DNA from: Candidatus Phoenicimicrobium oleiphilum
Lineage (GTDB): Bacteria; Atribacterota; Phoenicimicrobiia; Phoenicimicrobiales; Phoenicimicrobiaceae
Assembly (NCBI GenBank): GCA_039638295.1
Contig: JBDIWJ010000038.1
Coordinates: 1-17,461, forward strand
Direction: 5' to 3'
DNA: 17,461 nucleotides
Below the pieces are notes generated by a model that saw only the letters and a list, made by a program, of their open reading frames with translations, was not told where the DNA came from and made no database searches. Each line of letters begins with the position of its first letter. The stretch's first letter is position 1. Made by a program: the position numbers and the translations under genes. Of this stretch, positions 8,520-17,448 are shown one piece after another.

Positions 8520-9545
8520 TCAATATATAGATTTATCTATAACCCCTATTTCTTTTAGTTCCCCTATCACCTTCTTAATAGTCCTGTAATCCATATCTGC
8601 TGTTTCCGCTATCTTATTTATTGAAGGACTTTCGTCTTCAAAAACAGTCCCTAAAAGACAAGCCACTCCCCGTTGTGTATTACTCAATTCCGGTAATATT
8701 CTTATATTTTTAATTAAAATATTGCTCTCTTTTAATTTACCACCCTTAAACCTATATCCACAGTCCTCACATTTTATATAACCAAGCTTATTTCTGATAC
8801 CACTACACCCATAATTATAAGCTTTCCGATAGACCTTTTTTAATTCTAATTCAGTTAGAGGTTTTGATAATGCTTTATTCTTTGCAATAACTAACTTTTT
8901 TGCATACTCTTTTGTGTTTTTATTTCGAATTAATAAGTTATAGAGTATAAATAAGCTATTATTCCTCTCCCCTTCTTGTAAATCTTTACTTAATATCTGG
9001 CGTATGCAGTCAACTTTCTGGCCATGATATTTTGGAATTTTAAAAGTTTTATGCTTTCTATCTTCTTTGATTAATAATTTTGGTAGGGGCAACATCTCAC
9101 TAAGAGGTATTTCATAAACATATTGATGGGCTTTTATTATTGAGGGGGGAGCTATAACATAACTTCCATTACTTTTTAATTCGAGTCGCCTGCCGAATAA
9201 GCTATTGGTACTTTTAACGTATTCGCCATTAAGAGAAAAGTAATAATGGTAACCTCTTCTTGTTCTAACTCTGGTGGTTTCTTTTATCTCTGGTAATAAT
9301 TCTTTTAACTCTGGCAAAAGATTAAGGTCATCAACATCAATAACTGCTAGTTTACTTATTCCCCCGGTAACTATTCCAATATTTACCTCACTAAATTTAA
9401 TATACCAATCAAGAACATCTTCTATGTTTGCTTTTTTAAATTGGTAAGGTTTCCAATAGATATAAGGCTTTTTTTCACTATTAATCGGGATTAAACTATA
9501 TTCGTTTTTTAAATATTCATTTATTAAACTTGCAATATAGCTCAA
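8520..9545 (-). CDS. Bifunctional DNA primase/polymerase (Prim-Pol) with PriCT-like and C-terminal HTH regions
   Basis: KKP, NIGIVTG, VIDVD, T.RGYHYYF and YVIAPPS motifs; GERNNSLF (PriCT-1-like); TTG start with AAGGGG RBS. Confidence 0.88.
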   Translation of the reverse strand: MSYIASLINEYLKNEYSLIPINSEKKPYIYWKPYQFKKANIEDVLDWYIKFSEVNIGIVTGGISKLAVIDVDDLNLLPELKELLPEIKETTRVRTRRGYHYYFSLNGEYVKSTNSLFGRRLELKSNGSYVIAPPSIIKAHQYVYEIPLSEMLPLPKLLIKEDRKHKTFKIPKYHGQKVDCIRQILSKDLQEGERNNSLFILYNLLIRNKNTKEYAKKLVIAKNKALSKPLTELELKKVYRKAYNYGCSGIRNKLGYIKCEDCGYRFKGGKLKESNILIKNIRILPELSNTQRGVACLLGTVFEDESPSINKIAETADMDYRTIKKVIGELKEIGVIDKSIY

Positions 9546-10272
9546 CCCCTTTACTCGTTTTTACAGACGCAAGCTTTGGCCTGGTAGAAAGTAAGGGGTG
9601 AACTATGAATTCTTACCATGCCTACGCAGTTTTTCAACTGCTTTTAATTTATTGCTCTCCTATAATATTTTTATAGTTTCGCAAAAGTATATTCTTATTC
9701 TTGCGAAAGTGAGGGTAAGTCTAATAAAATAAAAAACCGAAAGAAAAACACATGCTAAATCTTTCGGTATAGGCAAAAAAAGGGAGTGTAATTTCGGCAA
9801 ACCGCACTCCATTTTGCATTTATATTATAACATTAAAAAAAGATAAATTGGGATAAAATTTCAATATTTTTATCTTATTTTTAAATCCTTTTAAATATTA
9901 ATTTTGGGCATTAAAAATGGAACAGATAACCGTCCCTTGTAACCATTTTTATTTATGATCCAGGAAACTTCTTATTTAATATCCCCATATAAGAAGGCAC
10001 GAGGGAATGATTATCAGACCCCTTATGAAAAGTTAGAAAAGGTTATCGAATTATTGACTTGGCACACCTTCCCTATTTATCTAATTTAAAAGTAGGATAT
10101 TAATTGTCTAAGAAAATAGGATGTATCTATTTATCTTTCTATTTATCTTTATTTATCTATTCTATTTATCTATTTATCATTTAAATATTCCTCCGAAAAT
10201 TGCCAATTTTCTCTTATTGTCTTAGAAGAAAATGGGATGTGTCTCTATTTATTCCCTATTTATTCCAAATTT

Positions 10273-10749
10273 TCAAGGCGTAAACTCTTTTCTTTTTTCT
10301 TCCAATAATTTTTCAACCGCTTTTCCGCTAAGTTTCTCCCTTGCAATACGAAATAATTCTGCATGAGGAATATAAGCATTGGCCGGATCTTTATACCATC
10401 CAGTCATAACACTTATAGTAAAATAGAAGTTATTACCTACTAGTGGTTCTAAATCCTCTCCAAATTTTAGAAGTTTACTCATTATTTTGCCAAATTCACT
10501 GGGAGCGATTGACGGTTCAATTTTCCACATCAGTTCTATAATTCTAAAATAAACATCGGTCGACCCATCCTCTAAACCCATTATATAAATACACTTTTCA
10601 TAATCAGTATAAGAAGCCCAGCTTTCACCATAATTGTAGGATTCACTGGTAGAATCACTAGTAGAATAAGAAAACTCCATTAAAAAAATTGAAGCAAAAA
10701 CAATTAGTATTATAAAAATTGCCTTACTCATCTTCATACGGATTATCAC
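10273..10749 (-). CDS. Hypothetical exported protein
   Basis: 158 aa with a hydrophobic N-terminal signal or anchor; the start may be a downstream Met (GAGGTG RBS nearby). Confidence 0.7.
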   Translation of the reverse strand: MIIRMKMSKAIFIILIVFASIFLMEFSYSTSDSTSESYNYGESWASYTDYEKCIYIMGLEDGSTDVYFRIIELMWKIEPSIAPSEFGKIMSKLLKFGEDLEPLVGNNFYFTISVMTGWYKDPANAYIPHAELFRIAREKLSGKAVEKLLEEKRKEFTP

Positions 10750-10847
10750 CTCTCAAAATAGCTAAAAATTATGATAAATATAGCGTTTTTATAAATCCAG
10801 GTCAATTTACTTTTTGCAATGTCTAATAAGGATTATAGGCAATATTT

Positions 10848-12350
10848 TTACGTCTTACTATTTACATCCTCAATCCTTCCGGATATAATCCACTCTTTTA
10901 TTATCTCTCTCCTCTTTTCTTCCAGGACAACCTCGAGTAATTTTGAGGTTTCTCCTCTACCTTTTACCTTATTAAACTTTTCTTTCCAAAAGTCAGGTAG
11001 TCTGTTTTCTGTTTCTTTCCTTATCTCTTCCTGCTGTAAGGAATTAAGTGAATTATAAATTTGTTCTATCTTTTTAATCTCTTCCCGCCTCTTTTTATTT
11101 TCCTCTTCTTGTAGTTTTATTTTAATATATTCTATTTTTTCCTCTTCTTCTTTCCGTTGTTCCTCTCTTTTTTCCCTTAAATATTCCCCCGGGAATTGCC
11201 AATTTTCTCTTATTGCCTTCACTAAATAAGCTGCTTTATCATCAGCATTAGAATAATCAATTGCCTCAATCCATTTTTCTATTAATTCTTGATCATTGCT
11301 TTTCATTAAATTTTCAGCGGTTACCTTAGAAACATTCATTTTAACTAATTTATTTATTAAATTAAGCTGTTCTTTAGAAAATTCTTCTGTATCCTCTTTT
11401 GGTCCTGGTAGATATTCTCCTGTCCGGTTATTAATATTCTTTGTCTCTGCCCCTTTCATTTCTTCCTTGGCTCTTTCCCCTGGCCAATAATAAATAAGCC
11501 AATCCTTTTTACCATTTTCACTCCATTCATATTTTGAAATAAAACCAGTATCCCTAAGTTCATTATTGCCTGGGTTTAATTGCTGTTTGGCTAAAGAAAT
11601 ATACTTGTGAGGGGTTACAGGAAGGAGTTGACATAATTTAGAATAGCGGTAACAGATAAAACCTTGCCTTTTATTCCTTAAACCATAAAACTTTACCCCT
11701 AAAATTTCATAAAGCCTGGAGGCTATTTTACTTTTGAGGCTTTGTAGATAATCGTAATCGATAGGTTTTATATAAAAGGAATTTAGGCTCTGGAGATAGA
11801 TATCGCCTAAATATAATAAGTTTGTTTCAGCAATAATATCGTCTTCTAATTGCTCACCTCTAAAAATAACCCCATCATATAATCCGAAAATCTTTGTTAT
11901 CCATTGCTTTTTGTCTTTATGATAAAAAGCTCCTTCTGATTTTATCCCAGTCATTTGTATCTTTTCTAAAGCCCTTTTTACTCGTCTATAATTCTCGCCT
12001 GAATCGTTGATTTTCATTCTATTACATAGATCATAAATGGAAAAAGGTATTGGATTTTTTATCTCTCCTTTTTCTTTTAAAATTTCACTGATAATCTGTT
12101 CTATGGCTTTATGAACTTCTCTATCAAAGGGACCAGGATATCCATATTTAGGATTTGCTGATACATTCCAAATAACTTCTATCTTTTGATCCCCTCTTTT
12201 AACTATCTCTTTATATTCGGTTTCTAATTTTTTATATTTTCTTTCTAAGGCAAAAAATGGGAATACTAATAAATTTACTTCAGAATTTATTATCTTTGGT
12301 AAGTCAACTTGATTATTCTTTTTTATAGTAGTCTCTTCGGATTCTTTCAT
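10848..12350 (-). CDS. repA: Plasmid replication initiator protein (RepA/TrfA-like)
   Basis: E.NL..FPFF.L, YG.PGPFD..V, FSIYDLC..M, SG.NY.RVK.AL motifs; iterons immediately upstream. Confidence 0.8.
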   Translation of the reverse strand: MKESEETTIKKNNQVDLPKIINSEVNLLVFPFFALERKYKKLETEYKEIVKRGDQKIEVIWNVSANPKYGYPGPFDREVHKAIEQIISEILKEKGEIKNPIPFSIYDLCNRMKINDSGENYRRVKRALEKIQMTGIKSEGAFYHKDKKQWITKIFGLYDGVIFRGEQLEDDIIAETNLLYLGDIYLQSLNSFYIKPIDYDYLQSLKSKIASRLYEILGVKFYGLRNKRQGFICYRYSKLCQLLPVTPHKYISLAKQQLNPGNNELRDTGFISKYEWSENGKKDWLIYYWPGERAKEEMKGAETKNINNRTGEYLPGPKEDTEEFSKEQLNLINKLVKMNVSKVTAENLMKSNDQELIEKWIEAIDYSNADDKAAYLVKAIRENWQFPGEYLREKREEQRKEEEEKIEYIKIKLQEEENKKRREEIKKIEQIYNSLNSLQQEEIRKETENRLPDFWKEKFNKVKGRGETSKLLEVVLEEKRREIIKEWIISGRIEDVNSKT

Positions 12351-12384
12351 TTCTTAACTCTTTAATTATTTTAAATTTTTTTAA

Positions 12385-12438
12385 ATAACAACAATATTTC
12401 CCTGTTGTTGTTATTGTATATATTGTATATATTGTATA
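12385..12438. other. AT-rich origin segment: ATAACAACA/TGTTGTTAT inverted repeat and 3 tandem TATTGTATA 9-mers (12412-12438)
   Basis: Lies between the iterons and the rep start, as expected for a DNA-unwinding element. Confidence 0.6.
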
Positions 12439-12476
12439 TTCCAGCAAGCTCTTATAAATAAAGGATAATAAGCGAT

Positions 12477-12600
12477 TTTCTTAAGTCAAACTACGGTATT
12501 TCTTAAGTCAAACTACGGTATTTCTTAAGTCAAACTACGGTATTTCTTAAGTCAAACTACGGTATTTCTTAAGTCAAACTACGGTATTTCTTAAGTCAAA
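12477..12600. repeat. Iterons (oriV): 5 perfect tandem copies of TTTCTTAAGTCAAACTACGGTA (22 bp) plus a 14-bp partial copy
   Basis: 22-bp period (two helical turns), no spacers, upstream of rep. Confidence 0.92.
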
Positions 12601-12606
12601 GTTAAA

Positions 12607-13440
12607 TTAGTTGACTTTAATTACCCAACCTTCTTCTTTCCACTTATTCCACTTTTTATCATCTATTCCATCTACCAGCTTAATATCTTCTGGTACTTTA
12701 AATTCTCCATGAACTTTTCTATAATCAATTATATTTTGTGCAATTTTCTTACCCACTCCCCAAAGCTTACTTAATTCCTCTAAAGAAGCGATATTAATAT
12801 TTATAATTTTATTATCTGGAGAAATAATATTTTCTGTGGCAGTTTCTAATATTGACGAGGGTTTCATATTTATATTTGTTTTACTAATTAATTCCTGGTA
12901 TCTTTCTGTGCTATATTTATTATTCCATAAGTTATTAAATTGATTTTGATATTTTTTAACTATATTCTTATCGTCTATTACTAATAAATTTTCATCATTT
13001 CTTTCTCCAGCAGAAGCAGTCCAATTATATGAGCCTGTAATTACTATTTCATTATCTATTACCGCAAATTTATTATGCATAATATAATTATTTGAACTTA
13101 TTCTTATTTCTTTTATACCGTTGTTTATAAAATAACGAGACTTACTATATTCGGCGTTAACCTGTGAACGATCTAAATATATTTTAATATCCACTCCCCT
13201 ATCTTTCGCTCTAATTATTGCCTGGGCTATTTCTCTATCAGTAAAGGTATACATAGCAATATTAATAAATTCTTTTGCATTATCTATATTTTTAATGATT
13301 ATTGATTCTGGATCATCATAAAGAGAGAAATAGACTTCTATTTTAGCAAGAGAATTTAAGGAAAATATAAATAATAAACTAATAATTAATATAACAATAA
13401 ACCTAAATTTAAATTGTTTTTTATGAATTAGAATATTCAT
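12607..13440 (-). CDS. Exported PLD-family (Nuc-like) nuclease fused to a ComEA-type helix-hairpin-helix domain
   Basis: Signal peptide; single HKD motif HNKFAVID...GSYNWT...NDEN; ININIAS.EEL..L.GVG...A..II.YR..G.F. Confidence 0.88.
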   Translation of the reverse strand: MNILIHKKQFKFRFIVILIISLLFIFSLNSLAKIEVYFSLYDDPESIIIKNIDNAKEFINIAMYTFTDREIAQAIIRAKDRGVDIKIYLDRSQVNAEYSKSRYFINNGIKEIRISSNNYIMHNKFAVIDNEIVITGSYNWTASAGERNDENLLVIDDKNIVKKYQNQFNNLWNNKYSTERYQELISKTNINMKPSSILETATENIISPDNKIININIASLEELSKLWGVGKKIAQNIIDYRKVHGEFKVPEDIKLVDGIDDKKWNKWKEEGWVIKVN

Positions 13441-13501
13441 AATAAATTCCTCTTTTTAACTTATTTTAACTTTAATTGAGTATTCTTAATATTAGAAAGA
13501 A

Positions 13502-13702
13502 TTATTTTTTATCTAGGACTGGGTAATCTCCACTCAGATACTTTTTAAGATTCTCTTCTGTGATATACCATTTCCCGGTAATTTTTTGTCCTTTAATTTT
13601 TCCTTCTCTAAAGTAGGCTCTTATAGTAGGCTTGGTACTTTTCAACATCTCTGCAACTTCATCTACACTATATAATTTAATTCCGCTAACTTCTAAAGGC
13701 AT
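13502..13702 (-). CDS. Excisionase-like HTH DNA-binding protein
   Basis: YSVDEVAEML...TIR.Y.REGKI...K..GKWYI pattern; GAGG RBS. Confidence 0.85.
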   Translation of the reverse strand: MPLEVSGIKLYSVDEVAEMLKSTKPTIRAYFREGKIKGQKITGKWYITEENLKKYLSGDYPVLDKK

Positions 13703-13745
13703 TTTCTTTCCTCCTATTTATTTCTATTAAAATATAGTTATACGT

Positions 13746-13849
13746 TAAAACGTTTTGATGGCGAAGCTCTTTAGCGTTTAAGCGTTTTGACGTCAAAACA
13801 CTAAAGCTCTTTGACGCTTTAACGCTTTGACGTCAAAACACTAAAACGT
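13746..13849. repeat. Putative partition centromere: 13 contiguous degenerate 8-mers
   Basis: TAAAACGT TTTGATGG CGAAGCTC TTTAGCGT TTAAGCGT TTTGACGT CAAAACAC TAAAGCTC TTTGACGC TTTAACGC TTTGACGT CAAAACAC TAAAACGT, abutting the adaptor gene stop codon. Confidence 0.7.
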
Positions 13850-14145
13850 CAAATATTTTCGTCAATTAATTTTTCAATAACTTCACTCAATTGCATATCA
13901 TTGTCGGCGGCATAAACCCTTAATTTCTTTGATTGGCTGGAAGACAAATAAATAGTATGTTTTCTTTTTGTTTCTGGTTTTTTAACTTTTTCTGGCTTTG
14001 ATATTTTAGAGTCTTGACGCTTTAACGCTTTAGGTTTTACTTTCTTTGATTCTTTAGATTCTTTTTTTTCTTCCCTGGTATCCTGAATCCAATCCAAAGA
14101 AGATTCTTTAAAGGGATCACTACCTAAACGTTCTTTTTTTGCCAT
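13849..14145 (-). CDS. Small partition adaptor (type Ib ParB/ParG-like, C-terminal ribbon-helix-helix)
   Basis: Follows parA by 2 bp; low-complexity charged N-terminus; KHTIYLS...KKLRVYAA..DMQLSEVIEKLI. Confidence 0.72.
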   Translation of the reverse strand: MAKKERLGSDPFKESSLDWIQDTREEKKESKESKKVKPKALKRQDSKISKPEKVKKPETKRKHTIYLSSSQSKKLRVYAADNDMQLSEVIEKLIDENI

Positions 14146-14147
14146 TT

Positions 14148-14897
14148 TTAACCTCTTTTTATGATTTCCTTACAAAGGTCTAAATAGTCTTTTGCTCCAT
14201 AACTATTAGATTTATACTCAAAAATAGTTTTACCGAAACTCGGGGCCTCGGCCAAAGATATATTATCTCTAATTAAAGTATTAAATAGTTTGTTGCCAAA
14301 ATACTCTTTTATTTTCTCTACAACTTCCCGGTTAAGGTTTTTTCTGCCATCAAACCTCATAGCTATAATTCCGGCAATTTCGATATTTTTATTTAGTCTT
14401 TTTTTAACTATATTAATAGTTTCTAAAAGTTTCGTCATACCTTGTAGGGCCAAATATTCTGTTTGTAAAGGGATATAAACACTTTGAGCAGTGGTAAGGG
14501 CATTTAAAGTTAAAAGTCCCAAGCTGGGGGGACAATCAATAAACACATAATCATATTTTTTTAGTCCCTCCAGGGTTTCTTTAAGTAAAAATTCCCTGCC
14601 AGCTACTCCTGAAAACTCTATTTCGGCTCCGGATAAATTAAGAGAAGAGGGGACCAGGTTAAGACTATTTCTTTCGATAATTGTTTCTTTTAAAGTTGAG
14701 GTTCCTTTTAAAAGCTCATAAACTGTATTTTTAAGCTCGTGAGCAGGTATCCCCAAACTGTAAGTTAAATGTGCCTGAGGATCTAAATCTATCAATAGAA
14801 CACGCTTCCCAAGCTTATTTAAGCCCGCTCCTATATTAATTGTGCAAGTAGTTTTACCTACCCCGCCTTTTTGATTGATTAAAGCGATTATTTGCAT
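14148..14897 (-). CDS. parA: ParA/Soj-family partition ATPase
   Basis: NQKGGVGKTT, LIDLDPQ, IDCPPSLG and EAPSFG motifs. Confidence 0.95.
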   Translation of the reverse strand: MQIIALINQKGGVGKTTCTINIGAGLNKLGKRVLLIDLDPQAHLTYSLGIPAHELKNTVYELLKGTSTLKETIIERNSLNLVPSSLNLSGAEIEFSGVAGREFLLKETLEGLKKYDYVFIDCPPSLGLLTLNALTTAQSVYIPLQTEYLALQGMTKLLETINIVKKRLNKNIEIAGIIAMRFDGRKNLNREVVEKIKEYFGNKLFNTLIRDNISLAEAPSFGKTIFEYKSNSYGAKDYLDLCKEIIKRG

Positions 14898-15171
14898 TAA
14901 ATTGCCCTTTAATTTAAATATTTTCTTTTAGTTATAGTTGGACTTCTTTATTATTAGTATTAGTATATTTTCTATTAATTTGTATTTTATATTTTAAGGG
15001 GATTTCTCCATTCAATTTTAGTCTTTCTTGTATCATCTTATAATAAATTTCATCTATTTCCGCTGAAATAAAATTTCTTTTAAGTTTTTTTGTTAAAAAT
15101 ATTTCATTGCCCGAACCCCCAAAATGTATAAAAATTAAATATTATTTATACGGATATTTAACTTAAAACTA

Positions 15172-15960
15172 TTAAAACAAAGCTAAACCTTTATTTTTTA
15201 CATTATTTTCCTTATAATGAACTATTCCCCTATAAAGAGGATTTTCCAGTATATATTTAATGGTCCCGGCATACCACTTGCCACCTCTGGCAGTAGGTAC
15301 GCCTTTTTTATTTAATTCCCTGGCTATTGCTCTTAAACCCATCCTCTTATATCTTTTCATTTTAAAGATCATTCTAATTATTTCTGCTTGTTTTTCATCT
15401 ATTACTAATTTTTTATTTTTTGTTTTATATCCTAAAGCGGTAGCCCCTCCGGCATAACCACCCTTTTGAGCTTTATTAATCCTTCCTCCGCTAAGCCGCA
15501 TAGTGATAAAAGCCTTTTCTAATTCAGATACTATTCCCATAAATTGCCGGAAGGCCTTTCTCATTGGATCATTGCTATCTAAATGAGGTTCTTTTATACT
15601 GATAAGTTTTTTATTAAGCTCTTCTAATTTTTTAATCAAATGCTCTTGGATATAAAGGTCCCTGGCTAATCTATCTAACTTGAAAATTAAGACACCTTCA
15701 ATTTCTTTATTATTCTCTATATAACCAAATAATTCTGCTAATCCTGGCCTGTTTTCTAGTTCACTTGCTCCACTTATCCCATTATCCTTAAATATTTTTA
15801 CCAACTCACAATTATTTTTCTCAGCATATTTTTTTAGACTGTTTTCCTGTAATTCTATAGTCCCTTCTTCTTTTTGATTATCTGTACTTACCCGGCAATA
15901 ACCTACTAATATTTTAGGCTTATTCATATTCTTACGCCTATATGATATTACTTTAAACAT
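15172..15960 (-). CDS. Serine recombinase (catalytic plus recombinase domain); the true start may be Met at 15927
   Basis: YCRVST, D.GISG, RPGL, KLDRLAR, then G...LGY, IARELN.KG...GGKW....IL.NP.Y.G; the protein ends there. Confidence 0.9.
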   Translation of the reverse strand: MFKVISYRRKNMNKPKILVGYCRVSTDNQKEEGTIELQENSLKKYAEKNNCELVKIFKDNGISGASELENRPGLAELFGYIENNKEIEGVLIFKLDRLARDLYIQEHLIKKLEELNKKLISIKEPHLDSNDPMRKAFRQFMGIVSELEKAFITMRLSGGRINKAQKGGYAGGATALGYKTKNKKLVIDEKQAEIIRMIFKMKRYKRMGLRAIARELNKKGVPTARGGKWYAGTIKYILENPLYRGIVHYKENNVKNKGLALF

Positions 15961-15990
15961 ACATTAACATATATAAAATATTTTTGTCAA
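15961..15990 (-). promoter_or_regulatory. Putative promoter of the recombinase
   Basis: Perfect TTGACA -35 followed 16-18 bp later by TGTTAATGT. Confidence 0.45.
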
Positions 15991-16292
15991 ATATTTTTGA
16001 TATATTTTTTAATGTGATTTGATATGAAAAAATGAAGAACTCTTTAGCAAACTAATAAGTATGCAGAGATAATAAGAGGATATACAAGAAAATGAGAGAA
16101 TATAAATGAAAAAAGAATTAATAGGGGAGATTTTCAGGGGTCATGAAAAAATATCATCTATTTAAACCTGTTTTAAGCGATTATTTCAAATTGTCTGGTA
16201 TGATTCCTTATGAAGCAACAAAATTTCTTCATATAAGAGAAATATGAAGGTCTTCTAAAAAACGCTAAAAACCTTATATATCAACGGTTTCA

Positions 16293-16493
16293 TTAATTTT
16301 TAGCAATATCAACTCGTAAATCATTAATTGCATGCTTAATTTCTTTGATTTCGGCAGTAACATTATGGGAAAATTCTTTCTGGTTTTTTATGATTTCATT
16401 AATAAAAAACTCTAATTTCCATACTAAATATACAGAAAGTACCAGGGGGAATCCGTTATTGGCTATTAATTTTAGTATATATTCAATATCCAA
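16293..16493 (-). CDS. YvrJ-family small membrane protein
   Basis: IANNGFPLVLSVYLVWKLE signature followed by a coiled-coil-like tail; overlaps the peptidase stop. Confidence 0.8.
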   Translation of the reverse strand: MDIEYILKLIANNGFPLVLSVYLVWKLEFFINEIIKNQKEFSHNVTAEIKEIKHAINDLRVDIAKN

Positions 16494-16872
16494 TTAATTC
16501 TTTTCCTTTCCAAATTCGCCTTTCTCCAGGCCTAATATCAACGTGTAAGAAATTTTCCTTCTCGTAAAAACCAATCCCATTAAAACCTAATTCCTTTACA
16601 TAAATAAGAAGATCAGAAAGCAAGAAATTTTGGGCATAAATGTCTGCCGCCATACCTACAAGATGATAAGAACTAGGAACTCCCCCTACCCTTTGATTTT
16701 CATCTTTACAGCGGTAACCGGAATTGATATAAATAGGCCTATTTATAACCGTTCTTAGATGGTCTAGTCTAGCCAAAAGATCTGGAGATAACATTACCCG
16801 CCGACAACAGGGACATTCAAACTCATACAAAGAAAAATATTCAGTTATTTTTATATCATTGATTTTTCTCAT
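16483..16872 (-). CDS. Peptidase M15 family zinc peptidase, putative endolysin
   Basis: INSGYRC...N..VGG...SYH..G.AAD...FLHVD. Confidence 0.9.
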   Translation of the reverse strand: MRKINDIKITEYFSLYEFECPCCRRVMLSPDLLARLDHLRTVINRPIYINSGYRCKDENQRVGGVPSSYHLVGMAADIYAQNFLLSDLLIYVKELGFNGIGFYEKENFLHVDIRPGERRIWKGKELIGY

Positions 16873-17233
16873 TTTTTACTTTAATCTTCCTGGCATTTCT
16901 TATAGAATCTGGCATAGCGTTATAAATTTTTTCATTTATCTCCGGGACTGTTGCCTTCATGAGATCCTGGACATAGGAAATTTCACCCTCTTTTAATTTA
17001 ACGTTTTGTTTCTTTAATATCTCAATTAATTTCTTCCAGGCTTCTTCCCATTTTTTGTTACCATTTCCTATTCCAAATTCTTCTTCTGCCCAGAGCATAG
17101 CCGCAAGAATAGCCTCTTTTATTTTTCTTGCCCTATCTTCTCCAAATTTGCTAATCATAAATTTACTAACTATACCTACTAAAAATACAATTACAAAATC
17201 TAATAGATATTTAGTGATAAATGCTTCTATCAT
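16856..17233 (-). CDS. Putative holin (LL-H-like)
   Basis: Single N-terminal TM helix, then AMLWAEEEFG.GNG.KK..A; overlaps the peptidase start; AAGGAG RBS. Confidence 0.65.
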   Translation of the reverse strand: MIEAFITKYLLDFVIVFLVGIVSKFMISKFGEDRARKIKEAILAAMLWAEEEFGIGNGNKKWEEAWKKLIEILKKQNVKLKEGEISYVQDLMKATVPEINEKIYNAMPDSIRNARKIKVKNEKNQ

Positions 17234-17249
17234 TTACTACTCCTTTCTC

Positions 17250-17287
17250 TCTCCCAGGGAAGGTCCGCGGTCCCTTCCGAGGGAGAA
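17250..17287. promoter_or_regulatory. GC-rich hairpin just upstream of the holin RBS
   Basis: TCTCCC..GGAAGG-loop-CCTTCC..GGGAGA; possible terminator or leader structure. Confidence 0.4.
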
Positions 17288-17369
17288 TTATATTAATTGA
17301 CCAATTCATAATCGTAAGAGTAAATATGCTGAGCGAAAAAAGTTAATCGATTAATATATAGCTGACAAC

Positions 17370-17448
17370 TAGCATAACATCGTGTACCAAAATTATAGCA
17401 TAACATCGTGTACTGTCTAATACTATTCTATAGCATAACATCGTGTAC
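17370..17448 (-). repeat. Right-end array: 3 identical copies of TAGCATAACATCGTGTAC (17370-17387, 17396-17413, 17431-17448)
   Basis: Read directly; inverted relative to the left-end copies. Confidence 0.93.

Noticed and set aside
6834..8589. ORFs 6834-7088, 7813-8007, 8316-8519 and 8392-8589
   Set aside because: Antisense to or overlapping real genes, or short AT-rich frames without support.
10110..10268. CTATTTAT-rich repeats and duplicated AGAAAAT(A/G)GGATGT
   Set aside because: Degenerate low-complexity tract; possibly REP remnants, but no function can be supported.
12477..12600. CRISPR array
   Set aside because: Perfect tandem repeats with no spacers, no cas genes, and a position next to rep; these are iterons.
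10819..17300. Plus-strand ORFs 10819-11058, 11296-11490, 14290-14478, 15260-15457 and 17055-17300
   Set aside because: All are antisense shadows of well-supported minus-strand genes.
17370..17448. Mini-CRISPR from the terminal 18-mers
   Set aside because: Repeats are too short, the gaps of 8 and 17 bp are irregular, and inverted copies occur at the other end.
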